From Tubulanus polymorphus (lineage: Eukaryota > Animalia > Nemertea), in NCBI RefSeq assembly GCF_964204645.1, contig NC_134029.1, positions 9,326,850 to 9,390,849 on the forward strand: 64,000 nucleotides of DNA. The letters run 5' to 3'. The notes under the pieces were generated by a model. It saw nothing but the letters and a program-made list of their open reading frames with translations. It had not been told where the DNA came from and searched no databases. Positions 43,688 through 64,000 of this stretch are shown one piece after another. The translations under genes and the position numbers were made by a program. Every line of letters starts with the position of its first letter. Positions within the stretch are counted from its first letter, which is position 1.

Positions 43688-46600
43688 ATGGAAAAACCCA
43701 AGATGAAAAATAAGATAAAGGAGGCTAACGATCTCTCATCGGTTTATTTAGGTAACTTGATTTTGTTGTTATCTGATATTTTTGATGTCTGGCACTTTTA
43801 GTGGCTGGTGTTGCCCCAGTTGATACTACCATCACGTTATATTGTAATTGGCAATAGAGCTATTATATAGTCGGCCATTGGTTAAAATTGACCAATGATA
43901 TGAAGCAGAGTTTGTTCACATTGCCAGCCAACCAGGAACTGTATCATTCCAATGGATACTTTGTAGTCGTTAATGAACATGTTAAGATGAAATCCAGCAT
44001 TGACGTATTGTACATTAGTGAGCCTAGCAGATTTCGGAATTTCGCTGGGTGCAGTAGCATTGCCATTTCTGGCAGACCCATGTAGCAAATGCACGTTTGT
44101 GACATTTGAGTGACAACAATAAATGTTTACAGTCACAAATATTCAATTACAAGAACCGCAACACTTGTTTGACATATTTTATGATTGTGGTAAGTTTCAA
44201 GGCCATCGGTTTCTTAATATGTTCACCAGGGGGCATTGAGTATTGAAATTTTAAGATTGTTGATTATTTCAAACCACTTCCCAAGTGGACATGATGTCTT
44301 TGGACCTCCCGTTTCAAAATATTTTCTGCGTCCCCAGGCAAATGTATCCCTAGACCTTTGTTAGTGTTTATTCTCATATCAGTAATACCCATACCCTACA
44401 ACACCATGCGTTTGTTGGAATACCTTAATAGTCTGAAAGAGGTCCGCCTAAGAGCAGTATTTCTCATTGATGCATTTTCATATATAAGTTATTTTATCGA
44501 TTGAAAAACTTAAGTTTGATAAATTCCAATTTTTGACAAGTATCTTTCAAAACTAGCTATGAAAGGTCTATTTTTTCTAAGGAGATACCAAATAATTTTG
44601 GCTCTGGATTGTTTTCATTGAGTTATTCTGGGATGTAAATTTTGAAAATGTTATCATTTTTCTGAGCATCTGTCGCATCATTAGTTCAATGAATCAACAA
44701 TGGAAATGTTGTGACATTTTTTTTACTTCAGCCTTTTAACTTATTCTTTTAAGGTATATTGAATATTTTTATACAATAGCTTGTTAATTGGTGAATATAC
44801 CGACCTAAGTTAAATCTTATTTTAATTTAAGAGTACAGCGAAGTAACAAAGCTTTCGACGGCACCATTGACAACGTTATTGAATGTAATCAAGCTATCAT
44901 ACAAGGATACTCCTGAAGTGTATAGAATGTTACTAGCCATCCTTATGGAATATCAACCAACACAGGACAATATTCATAAAGAAAAGGTACCGGTATTCTT
45001 TAAATCTTTACTGTTCTTTTTTCTTCAATGTGATAGTAGCAGAAAAAGGGAGCACTAAGAAAGTTTTGAATTACAGTGCCCAGCTCTGCAGTGGTGGCAA
45101 GTGCTGGGAACTTGCTTAAAGGGGCATTTCGTTTTGAAATGACTGTTATAAAGAATGGCATTTGAATATGATAAGGGATATTTCTCCTAAAAGAATTTTC
45201 ACATTATATCGGAAATTGACTCTATCAAAGAACCAAAGAAAAGATTTTTCACTTGACACTAGATTGTAGGCTTAAATTCATATAATTATTCATATTAATT
45301 CAAAAAATATTTTTCCAGATTCAGAAACATATTAGGATATTGTTACAGAGAAAAGTCCAGCTGGCAAATAGTCTTATGTCCATGCTACCCGATAGATCAT
45401 CCATGACCATCAACAGCGGGTTTGTTTATCCACTGCAGTCGTTACCATCAAATTTACAGGCTGTAGTTATGCCAAAAACACTCAATAAGAGGTTAGTATG
45501 AAAACTGAAATCCTTCACATTCATTATAGTAACTATTGATTGATCTCTTTGTGCTCCCATTCAAATAGTTTAACATCAATTATATGCTTCTACGTACTAA
45601 AGGAGAAAGGTCAGAGATGCTTTAACCGATAACTTCTGTCATTGCTAGGATTCGAACCCAGAATGGAGACTGGTACATAAAAGACCAATATCTTAAACCA
45701 CTTGCACCTCTTTAGTTGTTGGCACATATGCAGAACTTTGGGTGAACAATCTCGTTTCACAACATTTTTCATAGCACAGATGAATATGAACTACAGTTGG
45801 ATTGTGACAACAAACTTTGAAATATTGATTAATCCAATGAGAAAATATGTTAGAATCCTGGAACTGGACATTGCAAACTATGAATATTATAAAGGCCTTC
45901 CACAATTTCCGGTCTTCTGAAGAATGTTGGAATAAAATTCTGCTGTACAGATTACTGCATTTAGTATATTATTCAACATTTTCAGAGGCATTCAGCTGAT
46001 AACTACTGGATCTGAAATCAAGCATCAACTGATCAAGCGATTAAAAACACATCATTCATCAGGAATTGCTCTTGAAAATGACACCAACTCTGATGGTAAT
46101 GCAAGAAAAGATGTTACTCACTTAAACGCCTCAGACTCTGATGTTCGGACTATGCCAGACGACAGCTCTGATTCTGGTGGTGTTCAAAATATCCCTGATG
46201 ATAACTCTAATCATGCGCAAGAAACTCTGCACTATTGCTCAGATGATATGCAAAATACTTCAGACCCTGGCTCCAACTCTGATGGTCTTCTAAATACTCC
46301 AGATAACTCCTCAAAGTTTGGTAGTAGGCCTATAGTTCGAGACAATGAATCGAATAATCGTCAAGCTATGCCATCCTCTTTGTACATCGTTATTCCGAAG
46401 AATGAAATAAAACTAACATTTCCGTACGAACTTGTATCTTCAAAGAAAGGCACCGTCCTGAACGAAAATTCGGCTGAAAATGAATCTCACGAGAATCGAC
46501 GCGATTTGTGCAGCGAAGAAGCTCAAACACTGGTTCTAGAAGGGAACGCTGCTTGTAAAGTTACGATTAACGCTGCCACAAAAGATGAGAAACCTTCAGG

Positions 46601-48749
46601 GCTGTCTTCAGCTTCGACGTATCATGGCCAGCGTAGCCCAGACGCGTTTGATTTTACCGTGGCGGACGTAAAAGAAAATTATTCTTCTGATGATGACCAT
46701 GACAAAGGAGGTGATTTGTTGATGAATTTAAGTGATGAGAAAATGCGCTGTGTATCCCCAATTCTTGATTTGAATCTAAAAGGCAATTATGACAATACGA
46801 TCGCCCCCTACCGTAAGAGTTCGACTCCTTTACTGTCGAGTTCGAAATCTGACTATTCCAAAAGTGACGATTATTGCACACAGGTGTCATCCGCTTCATC
46901 GCGACATTCATTTCCATACAAGCATTTGGTGACCTGTCGTAAAGTAGTGCATACTAGCGATTGCCACGACGGAAGCTCATCGGCAATCGACTCACTCAAA
47001 AAAATGGTCGAGTCGTCGATCAGTCGAATGCAAAACGAACAGCTACGACACACAATAAACAACACTGTGCAAATGATCAAAATATCAGACGTTATCGATT
47101 CAGCTTCGGGCGATAGTAGTTTTCCTGATCTCGCCACAATGAGGGGTGATAATGCGAGCGAATTTCATAACGTGAGCTCAGTAAGTTCCGAAAGTTCGGC
47201 AGATTCAAAATTTTTCGATCGTGATGAGCCTTTGTCTTGTATTGTCAATACGTCCGTCTCCGATCAGAAGTTTTACAGCGACGCAGCAGAGGATGTGACC
47301 AATCCCGATGCAAAGAAGCAGCCGTCATTGGGGCAAACTATCGATAAATTGAGTAAGATTTTGGCATCTAATACGGAGGCATATTCACACGCTAAACTGA
47401 ATGTGACGCTTAGTCAATCCATGGCACCGCAATCTTCGAATAACGGCTGCCATCTTTCGGAGAACTTCTCAACCAGACAGGTGCAGTGTAGCCAATCGTA
47501 TGTACCAGCTATCGGTTCCAAATGTGTACAACCAGTAATGGAAAATACAGCCAGACTACCAAGGCAAGTTCCGCCGACGCATTTCGCTTTTATGCAAGAC
47601 CATATTAATGACGTTAATTCAGCATATCAATGTAATTGGATGCCTGGGCGATCGTCTAGCTGTATGGACCTATCAGCGAGGCCGTTCGCTACAAATCCGT
47701 GTTTGCAAAATCAACAGATTCTATTGAGTAACTCGTGGCCAGGTTATCGTATAAACCCTGTGTATAATTTGGAACATGCCGCTCGGATAAACCACCGATC
47801 TTCGAATGCTGAGTGGGATCAAAGTAGTCCTGATTCTAAGCCGCAAAGATGGAGCGGTGGTTGTGCATTCGGCAATGGCAATCAAAGGTTTTCCGGGCAA
47901 AACAGTTATTGCAAATATATGCCGATTACTACTGATGATTTGGCTAGTGAGTATCCATTATCGATGAACTGTTTTAGATGGCATGCAAATTCAATGAATG
48001 CTAATTTAGGAGCACAGCATGTTACATGTTGTCCAGGTTGGACTAACGCCCAGCACTTAAACCAGATGCAACCAGTGCAACAGATACAGCCTATGTATCC
48101 AGTGGAAAATTCAAATCAGCAACAACCCGTTCGACAGAGGCAGGCTCAGGTATTCCCAGGTGAAAACTGGAATCAGATGCAGCGTTTCGACAGGTACCAA
48201 CAGAAGCTGGGCTCTCCAGAAAAACTTATCAATCAGATGCAGCAAGTCAATACAAATGAATGGCTGTCACCTCAAGTGAACTTGGATCAGATGCAGCTGG
48301 TTTCACCTCCCGAAAACCTTTATCAGATGCAGCATATTAACAGCTACCAACGCCAGCTTGTGTCGCCTCCAGAAAACCTTAATCTGTCTCAGCAAATGAA
48401 CACTAATCAAAGACAGCTAGTGTCACCGCGAATGAACTCGCATCATATGCAGCAAATGAACGATAAGCAATCTATAGTGATTGAACCGCCTCAACAACAA
48501 TTGAGATCGATGATGATGGACTTCAAAGCTGATCAGAACATGTTAGAAGCTACTGAGTATGATGGCGCAATGGCAGAGATCGAAAATGAACTGAAAAGAT
48601 GTAATAGTACTGCCACACTATCTGGTGAAGAGAGCGACCTGGAAAATGATGCGGAAGGTAAAAGCTCTGAAAATTTAAAACGAGATGCTGAATCTTTAAA
48701 TGTAGCTCACTTACTAGCTTCTTGGGCTGTTCAAGAACTCAATGAGTAA
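43688..48749 (+). CDS. Uncharacterised ~1051-aa protein: N-terminal PAH-like domain, long S/D/N-rich low-complexity region, Q-rich repeats
   Basis: Exons 43688-43751, 44832-44986, 45319-45491, 45986-48749; GT..AG with phases 1, 0, 2, joining in frame to the 865-aa ORF (3156 nt total). The first exon and start codon are the least certain part. Confidence 0.75.
44165..44312 (+). mobile_element. Degenerate 3' fragment of family R1 in the opposite orientation
   Basis: Reverse complement of the R1 end (CACCAGGGGGC...AACCACTTCCCAAGTGG). Confidence 0.65.
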
Positions 48750-49252
48750 TTACGATATGTTTTAGTTGAACATAAACAAATTACAGTTAAATCGAATGTA
48801 AATAAGTCGTTTTCAAAGTTGGTAATTTTTAACATAGACGATGTTTTGTTACTGGTTTTTGATATTGTTAATCTAATGGTTGTGTTTGATGATAAAATTC
48901 GCTTAATCCAGATCATTTGGTGTGGAAAAATTCATTTGAATTTCGACAAACCCAGAACTGTGAAACTGGTTTCTGACATCCTTGTCAAACGTAACACATC
49001 GATTGAATACAGGGTTGTCTTGAACACAGCGAAACATTTTTACAACCAACATCAGGGGACCAGAAAAATAAATTCGTCATAACCGATAGTATGTTAATGC
49101 GGTATGAAATTTTTAAAATTGTCCTATTTGGGATGAAATTCTAGGTTTGTAATAATGGATAAATCATTACCGAGGTTGTTATGATGGGGTTCCACTGTAA
49201 TGGATCCTGTCCTGTGCTATGGTTCAAGTCAGAAAAAGAAATCAGTTCATTA

Positions 49253-49904
49253 GGTCACTCAAAGTTGATTCCTAGTTTCTCATCCTACACCATTTCAAAA
49301 TATTACGAGGGTAAGCGCATTTTATTTTTATCGACTTTTAAAGATAAAAACTGGACATATGTTAGGAATACCCTGGCTAGTGAGTGAAAGTCATGTAGAG
49401 AATGCGAAATTGTAATAGGGTATATATTTTTTTTGACATTAAAGCTAGGGGCACACGAGCGTATTTTTTCGCCCGATCGAATCGATTAAATTTGCCAGCG
49501 AATTCGCCGACTAATTTATACGCCCGATAATAGCAGGCACACGAAAAACCGAAATTACCTGACAGCTTATGCCGTTTAATGAGAGCCGGTTGATAAATCA
49601 CGTGATATATATCAAAGCTAATAGGGGTTGTATCCTTCTCCCATCATTAAACCACATCATCAAACCACAGAAAAATCAGTCTAAAACTCTACACCCTAGA
49701 GCAGTAAAAAGCTCAAAATTGGTTATTTAAGACACCTAAATAGCTGTGGCGGCCATCTTGGATGACCGCTATTTATCAACACGGGAGTGCACATTTTCTT
49801 TTTATGGGACACAGTTTAAGTGATGCGCGCATTTTTCAGAATCGATAAAATTCCTAGTTTCCTATCAAACTAGGAATAAACTAGGAATCAACTTTTGAGT
49901 GGCC
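49253..49904. mobile_element. Harbinger-like MITE
   Basis: GGTCACTCAAAGTTGATTCCTAGTTT / AAACTAGGAATCAACTTTTGAGTGGCC, flanked by TTA / TCA. Confidence 0.65.
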
Positions 49905-51194
49905 TCACACAAACTATAAGAATTGAGATTTGTCTATCAGATGGTCCTAAGAAATGAATGATTACTTCTCAAATCTGATTTATTCATTGAAATTGATCTG
50001 GATTCAGTGGGATTTTTTCTAAAATTGATTATAATTTGAATTCATAGATTGTGTACATGTTATATATTTACTTATCAATCCTTCTAGACATTTTGTAATT
50101 GTTTAGACTTTTATAATGCATTATTGAACCTTGGAGTGGATTTTGAGATGTCAGGTAGACCTTAAATTATGCAAATTAGGTACATTTTTAGAAAGAAATT
50201 ATTGAATTTTTTAAAGGAAGTTTTGTCTGGATTTTTGTATGGATTTTATATGATCAGCTTAAGGACTGCAAAGTTAGAGAGCAGACTGAGTACATGTATT
50301 TGCATAGATTATGGCAATTAGTATTGTATTCTTATGAAACTTCATGGGCAGATTTTGAATAAATGCATAAATTGTGCCAATTAAGATTGTTTTTGTATTT
50401 CTCTACCTTCTGCAACGGCGGAGCCAAGATTTTTGGAAGGTGGGGAACCAGGGTACAGAAAGGCATTAAAGTAATCGCGAAAAGAAGGAAAGTAATCACG
50501 AAGGGCACCCTAACTTGGCGAAGGCGCGAAGCCATAAAAGGGAGGGTCTGGCCCTCCCCTAGAAAGTTTTGTAATTTTGGTGTTCTCCGTGGTATTTGAT
50601 GGCTGTAGTGTCGGGAGTAATTCATATTAAAATGAAAAAATAAATTTTTCCTTAACATTTTGACGGCACCTAAAAAAATCTAGGGGGGACTATATAGTCC
50701 CCCTGGTCTTGTTCTAGTGTAAATGTTTCACTAGTTGATTGATTAGTAAAAAGAACTGGGCCCACTATTTACCTTTTAGAATTCGGTGCTTCTCTGTCGC
50801 ATCCTGGTTTCTGGACATGCAGAACCATAGACCCTTAGAACGTATCAGGATGAAGGAGGGGGAACCATATTTAAGGCTAGATTCTATTCCAACCCTGTGT
50901 CTTGGAGCCAAAATCTTTTTTGCCATACATTACACTCCTCTCCAATATACCAGCCGAATTATCGCTTTGAACTGTTGCAATTAAATTCCATTGTCTAACT
51001 CAAATTCTCGCTCACTTGGATCTAAAATCACTTGTCCTCATATTGGTTTGAGTTGGGCATCTACTGTATCAGAAAAAAACTCTGCACCTAAGGATTTTAC
51101 AGTAGGACTAGCTGAACTTGGATTGTTTAATACGGATTTTCACTAAATTTGGATGAAATAGTTGGTTCATTTTACCTGGAACCATGTAAACTTA

Positions 51195-52172
51195 AGCTGC
51201 GATCACACGGAGACGATTTGGCCCTGGCCAAATTGACACACATTGGCTCGAGCCAAATTTGGCCAGTGTCTAATTACAGTCAAAAGGTAAAAGGTTGAAG
51301 AAAAAAAAATTATAGCTTCTGAACATGCTAATATAGTCGAACCCGGCGTTTTATAACTTGTAAACTCGAGGAAAGTTGTGAGGCACCGTGACTAATGCCG
51401 GACCATTCAAAAGATCTCACGCAACGTATCACTGAACACGCTATGAAACGACCAACACATCATTTCCTACCATAAGACTAACGAATTGCTTCTTGAGTTA
51501 ATCTGTTCGATGAGCCGCTCCGAGCCTTCAAATTAAACATTCTGCACAGATCCACTTTTTTTCGTTCCTTTGTCAACTTTTTGAAGTATTTTGACTTAAG
51601 TGGCCAAATTATAAAATGTATGCGTTTGTGAGGCGCCGTTGTAGAAAATATGAACGGATAAGGTGTTTGTATTCAGTGTACTACATTGTCAGTAACTACG
51701 GGAGGTTCTGTATAAAACAATGCTCTGTGTTATTAAACACAAGGGTTCGATTGATCAATAATACTGCTACGGCCTTGTGGAATTACGTTGTAACCGATGA
51801 AAATTGCTCTTGGGATACAAAAGTTACTTTGTTCTATCTGATATTTCGTTGTGAACGATCTCGTTAAAACCGATGAAATAAAAAGGAAATAACGACTTTT
51901 TTGGCCGGGACACATAAATTTGTTTGTCGAAACTGATAGTTCGTTACTATTACTGTAGAGAGCGCGTTCACACGCAACCCACTCACTTGATACTAAATAT
52001 ACTAAACAATGCTCTAGCAAAGCGGGTCATTTCTGGTACCAGTTGCAATTCAAACGCAATCATTTGTCTAGTGCTAAAATATGGCTCGAGTTTGGTCCGA
52101 TGTTTTTGGTCGGGCCATTTGGCACCGCGTAAACAGTTGTCCCGGGCAAAAAACGCTCGTGTGATTGCGGCT
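51195..52172. mobile_element. PIF/Harbinger-like non-autonomous element (978 bp), long form of the 5741-6018 MITE
   Basis: TTA|AGCTGCGATCACACG ... CGTGTGATTGCGGCT|TTA; both terminal regions align with the short MITE. Confidence 0.75.
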
Positions 52173-53392
52173 TTATTCATAATTCGGATTTTGCTCGATT
52201 CGGAGAAATCTGGGCAGTCCCTAGTCATCCAAATTAAGTCAGTTCTACTGTCTATTGAATTATAGTATGCCTATGATTTTAAAAAGCTGCTAGTAGGGGT
52301 AACAGCACTGTAAAAATGGAATGAGAATCCTCCTTATCCTGGACAATGAGCAAGATTATCAGAGTTAGAACACATGCTGTAGGTTTTTTATGTATTTATT
52401 ATTTACAATATACAAAATTCTGAGCTTTGCACCATAACCACCATTTCAACAACAATTTTACCCACTTGATCCAGATTTCTCATAAGATGGATAGATTTAA
52501 TTGATCCAAAATGATCTGGATTTCATGGGTTTTACATACATCACAAACAAAAGATCATGATACGTTAATTAAACATACTATGCTTTCTACTCAACATTGT
52601 GTAAGACATCAGATTCCCTAACCTTGATGCTAACTTAAAAATATGGATGCAACTGATTCTGAGTCCTTGGCTTGGGTCCACAGGCCTTGGGAGTGTTCAA
52701 AAAGTATATAGCCTCTTAGGGAAGGGGTTATTAGTATATATACTATATAGGACGGGGTACTTAAATGGTGGGGGATATTGATCGATCTACATTCCATACT
52801 TACTGCACTGGTGGTGATAATGAGAAGAGTACTGAACTGAATAGACTTCTTGGTCCCTGAAGTTCAACTTAATACGGTAAACCTTTGGTATACCATCGTT
52901 GGATTTAGCGTAGATTCACTTTTATCATATTATTTTTCTAAGTCTTGGTATTTCCTTTCTACTAAGCTGTATCTTTTATAACATAGATCACTTTAAGTAA
53001 CAATTGAATATTGCTACAGTGGAACCTTCACGTGACCAGAAAATCTGTTTGTTATAACCGATAGTTAGTTATATCCAGCATGAATTTAATAAAATTAATA
53101 GTATTTTGGATATAATGTAAATATTTTCTGGTCCCGACCGCTACATTATACCCGAGGTTTACTATATTGAACATTTCTAAAAACTCTATCTACATGCTAC
53201 AGCACTACAGGACATGTTTTTCTCTTATTATTATTGCACTTATGGTTCAATTTTACTCAACACTTGAATGACAGTTAGTAACTTAACCAGATTTCCTAGA
53301 ATCTTCTAACATAGTCGAAAATACACAATTCTTCAGCATTCATTGGTGACGTGTTCACCTGTATTTAAAGTCTATCGATCTTATAAAAGGGG

Positions 53393-62062
<8,670 letters not shown>

Positions 62063-62530
62063 CTACAGATTTACCAATAAAACATTCCTTAAAAGCTTTT
62101 ACACACTACAAAAATAAAGACAACATCCCAATGGGGTGCTGGTAGACCACTGAATGCCAGCCTTAACCTTAACAGTGGAAATTCGTTCATTGTTGATCAA
62201 GTTTGCACTGGATTTTTAGGCTTCCGAATCCAAATATCATCAAGTGAGTCATCAAATAGATATAAGATTACCATCCCTGCTGTATTCGGTTACATTGACA
62301 ATTGATGCACTTCAAGGAATAAAAAAGCAGAAGGAATTGATCCTAGATAACCAAGTAACTACGAGCAGTCCTATAGCAGGGAGTCCTCAATTTCCACTAT
62401 TTCTTCGATTTCGATCTTGCAGTCAATCGAATCCGATGAGATTGAGACTAATGCTACAAACCCCTGCCGTGCATATGCACATTATTTAGTCAATGATTTC
62501 TACAATAGCACAATTTCTGATTGCGTTAAT

Positions 62531-63807
62531 AAACTAGGGGTCCAGGGACACCATGCCCACTTGGGAAATGGTTCCAAATGCTCAACAATCTAACAATTTC
62601 AATATTCAACGCCCCCTGGCAACCATATACAAAAACCAATGACCTTGAAACTCACCACAATCATAGAACATGTCAGCAGCTACGATTTTGTAATTTATTG
62701 TGATAACAAAATATGCCTCGTTACCAATTTGATATGGAAATACTAAGTTATTCTACTATTCTTACTAGTAGTTATACTACTGGAGACCATATTCAAAACC
62801 CAATGACCTCAAAACTTACCACAATCGTAGAACATGTCATGAACTACAATTTTGCAATTGATCATGGTAACAAAATATGCCTAGGTACCAATATAATAAG
62901 GAAATACTAAGTTATTCTACTATTCAACGCCCTCTGGTGACCATATAGAAAAACTAATGTCCTTAAAACTCACAACAATCATAGATGATGTCATGAGCTA
63001 CAACTTTCCGATTGATTGTGGTTACAAAATATGCATAGGTACGAATATAATAAAGAAATGCTAAGATATTGTATTATTCAACGCCCCCTGGTGGCCATAT
63101 ACGAAATCTAATTACCTTGAAACACACCACAATCATAGAACATGTTATGAGCTACAACTTTCTAATTGATTGTGGTATCAAAATACGCTTAGGCATCAAT
63201 ATAATGTGGAAAAACTTTTTCCCATTTACGAATGAGTACTGGTGACACCAAGATGGCAGCCAATTGCGTCATAATTGGCTGATGAAAAATACCTGTCTCA
63301 GGTATTAAACATCCCTTTCCAAAGAATACCCATCACAAATTGCAATGAGAAATGATATACCAGTAGGAAGCTACAGGACTCGGAATTTGGGCCAAAATTA
63401 ACATTTTTTGGCACTAAAAAGGTCATAGGACGGCCATCTTGAGTCCGATCGACCCAATTTTTGTTATGCTGATTGGCCCTGGGGGGATTCACATACATCC
63501 AGAAGATCAAGGTCATTGATCTAAGCGTCTCCAAAATTTCCCTCAAAAAGTTCAAAAATGTGTAAAAAGTGCTGATTTTGGCGAACAACAATGGCTGCCA
63601 GTCCGCCATCTTGAATCTGACAGGGCCAGTTTTTGGGCTGAAGATGTGTCTAGGGTAGATACATGTGTAACCCAAATATCAAGACGTTACTTTGAAGCGT
63701 CTTCAAAACTTCCCAAAATAACTGGATTCCGTCTACGGATGGACGGACGACGGACGAAAAGTGAACGCAATAGCCCGCTGGGACTAAAGTCCTAAGTGGG
63801 CTAAAAA
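62531..63807 (-). mobile_element. Family R1, copy 5 (full length)
   Basis: Colinear with copy 4. Confidence 0.87.
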
Positions 63808-64000
63808 TCGGGAAAAAAAGTCTTTGAGGAGTAGTTCGTACTATGATAGCCTCAATGGCATCATGTCCTAAATACTGCAGAAAGGAAGAATGAATTCTAC
63901 TCTTAAGCATAGATTTTCAACGGCCCTACAAAGTCTCCAGTGAATGACTAAATTCTATTTGGTTCGATCATCTGTCTTATAGGCATAGTAGTTTTCATAT

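Noticed and set aside
51440-51560. Degenerate MADF/Myb-like coding remnant (ERLIEQINSRSNSLVLW*) in the Harbinger-like element
   Set aside because: Too short and stop-interrupted to support without a profile search.

Overview
Intron-rich, AT-rich animal genomic DNA, not prokaryotic; gene and repeat content suggests a bilaterian invertebrate (inference). Five spliced genes can be assembled with GT..AG boundaries and consistent phases. (1) Tetraspanin, TSPAN3-like (-, 7 exons, 12-13789). (2) Mitochondrial ATP synthase alpha (+, 9 exons, 20680-27029). (3) Rit/Rin-type Ras GTPase (-, 5 exons, 34693-40722). (4) An uncharacterised ~1051-aa gene with an N-terminal PAH (Sin3-type paired amphipathic helix)-like domain split over two small exons (+, 43688-48749). 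(5) The 3' part of zinc transporter ZnT5/SLC30A5 (-, 9 exons, 53393-62062, continuing beyond the window). Non-coding DNA is full of mobile elements: a 3'-truncated DIRS-like retrotransposon bracketed by a 273-bp duplication, five copies of a non-autonomous Helentron/Helitron2-like element whose ~154-bp internal repeats each carry a CTCF-consensus motif, a second Helentron-like family, many MITEs, a Penelope-type hammerhead-ribozyme palindrome, and a TIR element holding a hierarchical 10/40/480-bp satellite, a telomere-like module and a tRNA-like Pol III unit. All identifications are by eye; no searches were run.
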